Source: an uncultured Clostridia bacterium
GTDB lineage: Bacteria; Bacillota; Clostridia; Christensenellales; CAG-917
Direction of reading: 5' to 3'
Length of the DNA stretch: 35,790 nt
Assembly (NCBI GenBank): GCA_947629635.1
Contig: CANREO010000003.1
Location: 1-35,790, forward strand
Positions 9,333 through 17,800 of the stretch are shown here, piece after piece. A program made the position numbers and the translations under genes. How positions within the stretch are numbered: position 1 is the stretch's first letter; each line of letters opens with the position of its first letter. The notes below the pieces were generated by a model. That model ran no database searches. It had not been told where the DNA came from and worked only from the letters and a program-made list of their open reading frames with translations.

Positions 9333-10694
9333 ATGGCAAATATTGAGGAATTATGGGCGCAAGCCAAAAATCAGCTCTCGATTTCGATGAATATTACCGT
9401 TTACGAAGTATGGGTGGAAAAACTTAATCCCGTATGTTTCGTAGACAGTTCTCTCGTGCTTTCAACCATTACCGTTTCCGCAAAGCGCACCATCGAAGCC
9501 CGCTATCTCGACACTATACGAGAAGCTGTTTCCTCTGTAAATCCGTTGATCACAGATGTCATTATTACCACGGAAAACGAAAAGGAAGGCTATTTGCAAA
9601 AGCAGTCCGTTTATGTGGAAAAAGACGGTTTTAAGCCGCTTGAAAGCATAAACAAAAACAAGAACGCTTTCCTTGAAAAATACACTTTCGACAACTTTGT
9701 GGAAGGCAAATCCAACGCTTATGCATTTGCAGCTTGCAAAACCGTCGCGGACGAGCCGGGTGTAAAATATAATCCTTTATTCATTTATTCCGGAGTCGGC
9801 TTGGGAAAGACCCACCTTTTGCACGCCATAGGTAATCATCTTCAAAAACATGCGCCTTATAAAAAAGTGCTTTACGTAAGCGCGGAAACTCTTATGAACG
9901 AACTTATATCCGTCATAAGAAACAAGTCTATGGACGAAAATAATAAATTTCGCGAAAAATACCGTTCTGTCGACGTTTTGATGATAGACGATATTCAATT
10001 TTTGATAGGTAAAGAGGCTACACAAGAGGCGTTTTTCCATATATTCAACGATCTATATTACAACAATCGTCAAATCATCATAACTTCCGACAGAGCTCCT
10101 AAAGATCTTACAACGCTCGAAGAAAGGCTGCATACGCGTTTCAGTTGGGGGCTTACTGTCGACATTCAAGCCCCGGATATGGAAACGCGCGTCGCAATAT
10201 TAAAAACAAAAGCAGCCCAGGCAAAATTTACGCTTTCCGACGAAGTGGCTCATTTTATTGCCGAAAAATCAACTTCAAATATACGCGAAATGGAGGGCCT
10301 GCTAAATAAAATAGTATTTTTCAGCTCTCTTACAAATACCGTAATCAACACTAAAGAGATGGCAAACGAAGCTCTGAAAGATTATATTGACGATAAAAAG
10401 GATGCTATTGACGCAAGCGATATTATCGACGCGGTTTGCCAATACTTCAAAATTTCATCCGCAGATATATTTTCAAAGAAAAAAACAAAAAATATAGTTG
10501 AACCGAGAATGGTGGCAATATATCTGATCACAGACCTTCTTCCCATACCTTTGGTGCAGATAGGCGAAATGTTTGGTGGTAGAGATCATACGACCATCAT
10601 TCATGCAAGAGACAAAATAAGCGACGAAATTAAATCAAATCCGAGAATGAAAATTATTGTCATGGATTTGAAAAACATGCTTCTTAATAGATAA
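9333..10694 (+). CDS. dnaA: chromosomal replication initiator DnaA
   Basis: YTFDNFV, YNPLFIYSGVGLGKTHL, IDDIQF, RFSWGL, NIREMEG, FGGRDHTTIIHA; start set at MANIEELW (9333). Confidence 0.98.
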   Translation: MANIEELWAQAKNQLSISMNITVYEVWVEKLNPVCFVDSSLVLSTITVSAKRTIEARYLDTIREAVSSVNPLITDVIITTENEKEGYLQKQSVYVEKDGFKPLESINKNKNAFLEKYTFDNFVEGKSNAYAFAACKTVADEPGVKYNPLFIYSGVGLGKTHLLHAIGNHLQKHAPYKKVLYVSAETLMNELISVIRNKSMDENNKFREKYRSVDVLMIDDIQFLIGKEATQEAFFHIFNDLYYNNRQIIITSDRAPKDLTTLEERLHTRFSWGLTVDIQAPDMETRVAILKTKAAQAKFTLSDEVAHFIAEKSTSNIREMEGLLNKIVFFSSLTNTVINTKEMANEALKDYIDDKKDAIDASDIIDAVCQYFKISSADIFSKKKTKNIVEPRMVAIYLITDLLPIPLVQIGEMFGGRDHTTIIHARDKISDEIKSNPRMKIIVMDLKNMLLNR

Positions 10695-10720
10695 AAAACG
10701 GTGATTTACACCGTTTTTTT
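10693..10720. terminator. bidirectional terminator between dnaA and dnaN
   Basis: AAAAAACGGTG-ATTTA-CACCGTTTTTT. Confidence 0.85.
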
Positions 10721-10733
10721 GTTTTATTTTCTT

Positions 10734-11834
10734 TCAACCTATAACTCTCAAAGGCAAGATGAGATACAACCAATTCGGATCTTCTCCGTTAATTATAGAA
10801 GGAGCTGTGGAAGTCGTAAAGTTGAGTTTTATTACTTTATCCTCTATCGCTCTCATGCAGTCTATAAGATATTTTGAGTTAAATCCTATCGTAAGATCTT
10901 TTCCTTTGAGACCTATCGCCATTTTTTCGTTTATCTCGCCGTCATCGCTGTGCGCGTAAAGTTGAAGTATATCTTCTTTTATTTCCATTTTAACACATGA
11001 TCTCTTGTCAAGTCTATTTATGAGAGCAGCGCGATCTATTGCTTCTTCAAAAGCCTTTTTATCAAGCGTTACTTCAGTGGTAAATACATTTGGTATTATC
11101 TTTTCGTAATTTATATATTCCTCACTGATAAGCCTTGTCACTATCTTTGTATGGAAGAGATCTATCATTATATAATTATCTTCAACATATACAGTGATCG
11201 TCTCCTCTCCTTCGTCTATAAGACGCGCTACTTCCGCCATACTCTTTGCCGGAACGACTATCCTGTCTATAACTCCGTTGTTTTTTATCATGGTTTTTGT
11301 AAGCGCAAGCCTATATCCGTCAGACGCAACAGCTTCGACCTCATCATCTTTTATATTCATGCAAACGCCGCGAAGCGTCGGACGCGCGTCATCGACAGCA
11401 ACGTTGAAAATTACTTTATTTATGATTTGTTTGAGGTCTTTTTTCAACACTATAAAACTTTTTTGAGTGTCTATTTCTTTGAAAATGGGGTATTCCTCAT
11501 TGTCAAAACAGTTTATAAACAGTTCGCTGTCCATATAACGGATATTTAGTCTGGACGGATTTGTGCCATCAAGTTCTACTTCCTCATGTTCTATCTTTTT
11601 TGCATAATCCGCAAACAATTTGCCGGGAACAACGATTTCTCCCTCAATCAAAACTTGAGCGTTTATCTTTTTTTCTATTGCCAACTCCAAATCGGTGGCA
11701 AAAAGAGTAAGAGTGTCGCCTATGGCAGTAATTTTAACTCCATCCAAAATGGGAGTTGTCCTTTTTATAGGCAAAGCTTTCACAACTTTTGCCAGTGCGT
11801 CGCTCAACTCATTTCCTTGACATACAACTTTCAT
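10734..11834 (-). CDS. dnaN: DNA polymerase III beta sliding clamp
   Basis: 366 aa; ATDLE, RPTLRG, VASDGYRLA, IGFNSKYLID, YLILPLR. Confidence 0.97.
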   Translation of the reverse strand: MKVVCQGNELSDALAKVVKALPIKRTTPILDGVKITAIGDTLTLFATDLELAIEKKINAQVLIEGEIVVPGKLFADYAKKIEHEEVELDGTNPSRLNIRYMDSELFINCFDNEEYPIFKEIDTQKSFIVLKKDLKQIINKVIFNVAVDDARPTLRGVCMNIKDDEVEAVASDGYRLALTKTMIKNNGVIDRIVVPAKSMAEVARLIDEGEETITVYVEDNYIMIDLFHTKIVTRLISEEYINYEKIIPNVFTTEVTLDKKAFEEAIDRAALINRLDKRSCVKMEIKEDILQLYAHSDDGEINEKMAIGLKGKDLTIGFNSKYLIDCMRAIEDKVIKLNFTTSTAPSIINGEDPNWLYLILPLRVIG

Positions 11835-11859
11835 ATTTCGCCTATATCTAATTATTATT

Positions 11860-12040
11860 TTTCTTTAATAATGATAACATAAATAAGCAGTGTTGACAAG
11901 TGGAAAATAATTTTCAAACACAACACTTTGTTATATTAAAATTTATGTTCCCTATATTTAGTAATATTTAATTTTAATGGCTGTGGATAATTTAATTTTA
12001 TTATCAACATTTAATATACCTTTTTTAAAGTTGTCCACAA
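11860..12040. other. putative oriC (DnaA boxes, DnaA-trios, AT-rich)
   Basis: Perfect box TGTGGATAA at 11982-11990. Near-matches TTATCAACA at 12001-12009 and TTGTCCACA at 12031-12039. Overlapping tandem degenerate boxes at 11891-11907 lie next to a GCAG spacer and TAA-TAA-TGA-TAA-CAT-AAA-TAA trios, upstream of dnaN. Confidence 0.8.
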
Positions 12041-12042
12041 GT

Positions 12043-13071
12043 CTATATTGAAAGAGGATCAAATCCGAATATTAGGGAGAATATATAAGATATAAAAACA
12101 CTGATTATAAGCATCAATAATAATACTTTCATATTTCTTTTTATGTTTTTAGCGTCTTTGAAAAGTATCATAAATGCAACGCCGGCATTCATTGTCAAAC
12201 CTCCGAGAGTAGCGCCGAAACCCAAACCTCCGAATATATAAAGTTCGCTTATTATTATAGATGAGGCGCAATTTGGGATTGATCCCACGATCACCGTTAG
12301 AAGAGGAGCAAGATATTTATTTGATGACAAAAATTCTATTATTTTCTCTTGTCCAACATTATAGATAATAATGCCGAAAATAATATTTATAATAAATACA
12401 TATATAAAGATCTCAAGCGAATGAAGCAAAGGCTTTATCAAAAATTTGTCTATATTTGCCCTTTTATTGTCTTTCAATTGCTTTTTATGTGCATAATCGC
12501 TCAATATTCCGTTGCCGGTTATTTCCGTTTTTATAATATTATGTTTATTGCAATCGCTGTTTAGACATTCATCGCAGTCGCATATGTCGCTTTTTTCACA
12601 TTTGCTTATAAGTTCCGCGCCTTCGCAATGCATAAGCTTTATAGCATATTTGTCTTCGCAATGTTCGAGATGATGACGTACGGACTTTTTGTCTTTTATA
12701 AAAATTAAATCGATTAAATAACCGAATAGAATGCCTAAAACAAGTTTTAACGCAAGTAGCGGCAATACGTGCAGCGCTTTATTCGGGTAACTCAGAAAGA
12801 CCGGCAGAGCTTCATCTGAAGTGGCGATAAAAACGGCTATCAGAGTACCGAGTGTGACGTGATGTTTTTTGTACAGATCGGCGACTACAACCGAAAATCC
12901 GCACTGTGGCAAAAGGGAAACGGAAGCGCCTATCAATGGCGCAAATTTTCCGTAAAGACGGATTTTTTCGGACAGCTTCGGCTCTATAAAAGCTATGATG
13001 TATGTGAATACAGCCACCACAGCCAATAATTTAAGGCTGTCTATAAACGAGTCTAATATAACGTCTCCCAT
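12043..13071 (-). CDS. putative heavy-metal/manganese permease (DUF2899-like) with His/Cys-rich loop
   Basis: Multi-TM protein. LLPQCGFS...TLGTLIAVFIATSDEALP and GSIPNCASS form duplicated PxC motifs; central HHLEHC...CDCDEC loop. Confidence 0.7.
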   Translation of the reverse strand: MGDVILDSFIDSLKLLAVVAVFTYIIAFIEPKLSEKIRLYGKFAPLIGASVSLLPQCGFSVVVADLYKKHHVTLGTLIAVFIATSDEALPVFLSYPNKALHVLPLLALKLVLGILFGYLIDLIFIKDKKSVRHHLEHCEDKYAIKLMHCEGAELISKCEKSDICDCDECLNSDCNKHNIIKTEITGNGILSDYAHKKQLKDNKRANIDKFLIKPLLHSLEIFIYVFIINIIFGIIIYNVGQEKIIEFLSSNKYLAPLLTVIVGSIPNCASSIIISELYIFGGLGFGATLGGLTMNAGVAFMILFKDAKNIKRNMKVLLLMLIISVFISYIFSLIFGFDPLSI

Positions 13072-13310
13072 AGATGTGATTTATTATAAATCATTTTCCG
13101 AAAAAATCAACAAATCAAGCGGATTAAAGATATATTGCGCTTATATTTTTAATGACGCCTAGTTTTATTTGCTTGAAAAATATTATATGTAGACAGTACA
13201 AGTTTAACATTCGAAAAATTTAGTTTAAATTATTCGCCCTCTCTTGACAGTTATGTTAAATTATGTTTAACTTTTGTTAAGATAGAATAATATTAAGCGG
13301 AAAATATGAT

Positions 13311-14627
13311 ATGGGAAGAGAAAAGTGCAAGACGAAAAAAAATTTGATTTTGACTGCGGTGATTTTAGGTATTTTAGCTTGTTTGTCTGTAATAATAATC
13401 GTGCCTATTTATTATCTCACCTACCAAACTACAGATCCGTTTGAAAGTTTCGATCTTTCCGTCGTAGATATAGAAAAAACCAACGCTATCTATTCCGTTG
13501 TGGAAAAAAGCAATAAATACTTAGCTCATCCCGATCTTGTATATAAGGACGGAAAATATATAACGATGTATGTTTTGGGACACGGGAAAGGGCAAATAAT
13601 CACCAAAATATCCGGAAACGGCGTCAATTGGGGAGATAGAGTACAAGATACGCCGAAAACATGGGAAAAATCACAGGAAACTCCAACTTTGTATGAATTG
13701 AAATTTGTTGACGAAAACGGCGAATTTACGCAAAAAAGCGCGCTTATAATGATTTCGGGTTGTCCGAAATGGCCCGGAACAACGTATAAGGCAGACGGTT
13801 TTCAATTTTCGATTTCCGAGGACGGCGGAGCAAATTGGACGGAATTCGAAAAATGCTACGGCAGGGCTTGGGGAGACGCATATGATTGTATCGTGGCAAT
13901 GTCGTCCTTGACGCAGATCAAGGAAAACGGTCGATTTGTCAACAAATGGATGGGCACTTTTCATGACAGATCGTTTATAAATTACAAGACATATCTCACT
14001 TTTGAAGAAAGTTACGATGGCAAATTGATAGCGCATTGGACCAAGCCGGAAAAACTTTTCGACAATCATAGGGAAGATGAACTCAAATATAATATTTGCG
14101 AAGTCGAAATAATACGCACTCCTTCAGAAGACGGTAGCGCTCTCACCGGCAACACGCTTATTTTGCTTGCGCGCGCAAACAAACATGAGACGGGCTCGTT
14201 GATCCTTTTTTCTAACGACGAGGGAGAAACGTGGAGCAAGCCGCGCGAACTTCCGGCGGAGCTTACCGGCGACAGACACAAAGCGGAATATGATCCGATT
14301 TCAAAAAAACTGATCGTAAGTTTCAGACAAGTGTGGCACGGAATGTATAAAAACGCTTTCGGGCAAGGACCGAAAGCCGTGGGAGCAGGTTGGCTAGGTT
14401 GGGTAGGTACGTTTGAAGATCTGTTGAGCTACCGTACGGAAAGCCCTACGATCGGCGAAAAAGTATTGCTGCTCGGCAAAGATTACGGAGGAAAAATAGA
14501 TTGCGGCTACAGTGGCACGGCATGTGTGGACGGCAGATTTACGTTGGTTGCATATGGGCAGTTTGACAAAGACGCCAAAGTGCCATATATAAGGAGCGTG
14601 TCGTTTGCGCTTTCGGACGTTTTATAA
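13311..14627 (+). CDS. membrane-anchored BNR/Asp-box beta-propeller (sialidase-like) protein
   Basis: N-terminal TM; Asp boxes SEDGGANW and SNDEGETW, degenerate SGNGVNW; C-terminal DCGY. Confidence 0.75.
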   Translation: MGREKCKTKKNLILTAVILGILACLSVIIIVPIYYLTYQTTDPFESFDLSVVDIEKTNAIYSVVEKSNKYLAHPDLVYKDGKYITMYVLGHGKGQIITKISGNGVNWGDRVQDTPKTWEKSQETPTLYELKFVDENGEFTQKSALIMISGCPKWPGTTYKADGFQFSISEDGGANWTEFEKCYGRAWGDAYDCIVAMSSLTQIKENGRFVNKWMGTFHDRSFINYKTYLTFEESYDGKLIAHWTKPEKLFDNHREDELKYNICEVEIIRTPSEDGSALTGNTLILLARANKHETGSLILFSNDEGETWSKPRELPAELTGDRHKAEYDPISKKLIVSFRQVWHGMYKNAFGQGPKAVGAGWLGWVGTFEDLLSYRTESPTIGEKVLLLGKDYGGKIDCGYSGTACVDGRFTLVAYGQFDKDAKVPYIRSVSFALSDVL

Positions 14628-14675
14628 TTAAGCATATATATGTTGTTTGAGATCGCTCCCTAATGACAGGGTAAA

Positions 14676-14705
14676 TAAAAAGCAGAGCAAATACTCTGCT
14701 TTTTA
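14676..14705. terminator. bidirectional terminator between the sialidase-like gene and tRNA-Asn
   Basis: AAAAAGCAGAG-CAAATA-CTCTGCTTTTT. Confidence 0.85.
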
Positions 14706-14708
14706 TCA

Positions 14709-14784
14709 TGGCGCCTGTTGAGGGACTCGAACCCCCGACACTGCGGTTAACAGCCGCATGCTCTACCGACTGAGCTAAACAGGC
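14709..14784 (-). tRNA. tRNA-Asn (GTT)
   Basis: 76-nt cloverleaf GCCTGTT-TAGCTCAGTCGGTAGAGC-A-TGCGG-CTGTTAA-CCGCA-GTGTC-GGGGGTTCGAGTCCCTC-AACAGGC-G-CCA. Confidence 0.97.
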
Positions 14785-14804
14785 ATTTTTCTTGACGCTT
14801 GTAT

Positions 14805-14833
14805 ATGATAATATTTATCGTAGCATTTGTCAA
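14805..14833 (-). promoter_or_regulatory. sigma-A promoter for tRNA-Asn
   Basis: TTGACA-17bp-TATCAT. Confidence 0.8.
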
Positions 14834-14887
14834 GAAAATTTAATTCAAAACTGCGCGGAATAACGCAATTTCAAAAGTTTTCGGTTG

Positions 14888-17800
14888 TCAATTGCCGTAT
14901 CCGTATAGCTTTTCCATATTGATGACGAGACCTTGCGAGTCCTTGAACTCGACGCTCAAAATGAAGTTGGGGATTTTTACGCCGGCAAGGGCAGTGCGAA
15001 CTTCCGCCGGAACGCCGTCGACGTTTGCCCAGGCGATGAGATCGTCCATCGTCATATCGGCGAGCAGTTTTTGCAATTGCACGCCCATAGTGTTCAGAGT
15101 CGCTTCGCGAATAAACGGATTGTCGAACATGGAATCGGGCGTGATATCAATGATTTGTTCCATTGTGGCGTTGGATACTGCCGTATTCAAGTCCTTCATG
15201 GTCCCACCGGCAAGCAAGCGCAATATTGCCGCGCTCTTTGCGCGCACGGTGTTTGTGACTTTGCGTATTTTGCTTGTATCGAGCTCAGTCTCGAAACCGC
15301 CGTTTTTCTCATAATATATTTCGTTGCGAGTTGCGATATAACCCTTTTTGAGGGAGAAACGCATTTGCCCATCGTGATTGGGGTTTGCATTGCTGTATTT
15401 GACGTATTCGCCGTTTATAAATACATATTCTCCGTTGGCATCCGCTATATATACATTTTCGGCGTAGTGTTTGGAGTAGACGAGTCCGTCGGTGCTAACA
15501 CCGTCTCCGAGCTGCTCCTTTACGACGATAAACGAGTTGTTTTCGGCTGTTTCTTTACGATACATTTGCAGATCCCAGAAGGAAATATACGTATCGTTAG
15601 AGGACAAATATGCCGTCTTCTTGCCCAATACGTCGACATAAAGATTTTGCCCGTCTTTATATTTGTAGCCCATAAATACGGTGTTTTCGTTGTTGGCTTT
15701 GCCCTCGGTCACACTGCTTGCGTCGCTTTTTACTTCGCGATAGTACAACTTGGCGTCGTTGCCTTCCTGTTGCGTTTTGGTCACGTTTGCGGCAAGATAG
15801 GCGCAAAGCGCCGGATTGAATACCATATTGTCGTTTTTAGCGTCGTAATAGTAAATATTGTTTTTAGCAAGATATTCGCCCGCCGCCGCTCTCGCTTTCA
15901 AATCATCGGTATTAAAGTCCAGACCGAAAGAGGGGATGCTTACCATATCGTTTGGTGTTGTGGGAACTTTTTTGTAGACGAAATAGAATTCCGATCTGTC
16001 GTTCGTAAGTTCGGATGATTCGGGATCCAACGCGACATAGCGCTCGTTTGTCTTTGTATACTTGCCGAGATTGTCATATAGATATATGACTTCTTTGCCG
16101 TTTTCTTTCGCGTCTCCTTCGGTCCATTCCACAAAATACAGAGAATCTTCGGACGGATCAGATTCCGAGGCAAAGGATTCTTCCACTTCGACGGCATAGG
16201 CGTCGTAAATGTCGATGATCTCGCTGAGCAACATATCGTCAATGATCTTGCCGAGCGACGGACCCATGCTGTCTATATTGACATACGCGAGCTTTCTCAA
16301 CACGGCATTCCCCGTTCCCGCGGATTTGATATAATACAGCGAGTTGTCGTCATGATGTTGATTGATATAGTCCTGGCTTGCGAGGCGGAATAGGCCGTCT
16401 TCTTCTGCGTAATAGAACAGACGTTGTTCGTTTCCGTCCTCGTCTACAAAATAGTAGTTGGTCGCGCTTTCGCCTTCTTGGCGGCTCTGAAGCCCCGTGG
16501 CTGCTGCGTAGATGTCTGCGTCTATATCCATGACGTCAAACACTTGCAGATTGCCGAACGCGGACGAAAAGTCGCCGAGCGAAGTTGCTGCAAAGCGTTG
16601 CAATATCTTCGAGGAAGCTTCGTCTTTGGGCGTGCGATCGTATCTCTCTTTGCCGACATGATCCGGATTTGCCGGGTTAAACAGGGTATAATAGCATTTT
16701 TCCCCTTCGGTATCGGTGGCGTTTGCAAGAACGATTTTGACATATTTGCCGTTTTCGTTTGGCGTATAGTCGTCGTAAACTATGTCTATCATGTCTCCGA
16801 TCGCAAGCGTGTCGGTGACGGTGGCAAGCTCATTTATCTTTGTCTTTCTTGCCTTAAGAGTTTTCATGAGTTTGGACGCGTTGTCGCCGATCTCAATGAC
16901 GTCGGAGATCTTGAGTTCGTCTATCTTTTCGTCGAACTCATCCAGTTTTACGTTCAACTTGGCAAGCGATTGCATAATTTGCGCGGAATCCGCGTCTATG
17001 CGCATGAGCTCGCTTATATAAAGCTCGTTCATGATAGTGCCGAGTTCGGGGATGGTGCAGCCGCGGCGCGCGATGGATTGCATCGCGATCGCAGTGTCGG
17101 CGGCTTGCGTCAAATTATATCTTTGCATCTCCGCCTGCGTTTCGTCTTCTTCGTTGTCTCGGGTGTAGTAGTAAACGCGGACGTATTCGCCGTCATCGGC
17201 TTGTTGATAATCGCCTTCGTCGAGTTTATTGTAGCGCTTTACGTAGTCGAAGTCCGCGGATCCCGGCTCCGGATTGTGTGAAGGCGCATAGGCGTTGTAT
17301 TTGACGTAAACGGGTATTCTGACGTACATGCCATCGGGCGCCGCGGTATATTCGTCGTAATTGACCTCGATTATTTCGCCGAGAGTGAGTTTGTCCGCGA
17401 CGGATGCCAATTCGCTTATCTTGCAACCTCGTTTTGCAAGCGATTTCATGATCAGCGAAGTGTCTTCGCCGTCGACGTCGAAGAGGTCTCCCACCTCCAG
17501 TTCGGAGATCCTGTCGCCGATATTTGACAGCGTGCAGTCCGCGATCGCGCTTAAAATTTTGGGAGATGATTCGTCTATAGATACGACGTCTTTGATCTTG
17601 ATGTTGTCAAGCAAACCGTCGGCGTTGCGAAGGTCGCTTATACTCATATAGTTGATGGTCTGCAAGACGGCTTGCGAGGTGCCGACATGCGTGCGGAAAT
17701 AGTATTTGCCGTCAGTCGGATCTGTAATCTCCGTGAGTTTGCTGCTTTTTGTGATCGTGCCTTCGAATCCGAATTTCGGACTTTCCGTCAGCGCTTCTTC

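Noticed and set aside
14640-14890. tRNA-Asn as an integration site
   Set aside because: No integrase and no duplicated tRNA 3' end found in the window.
14933-16018. 361-aa plus-strand ORF and neighbours
   Set aside because: Antisense to the 1370-aa gene; codon-bias shadow.
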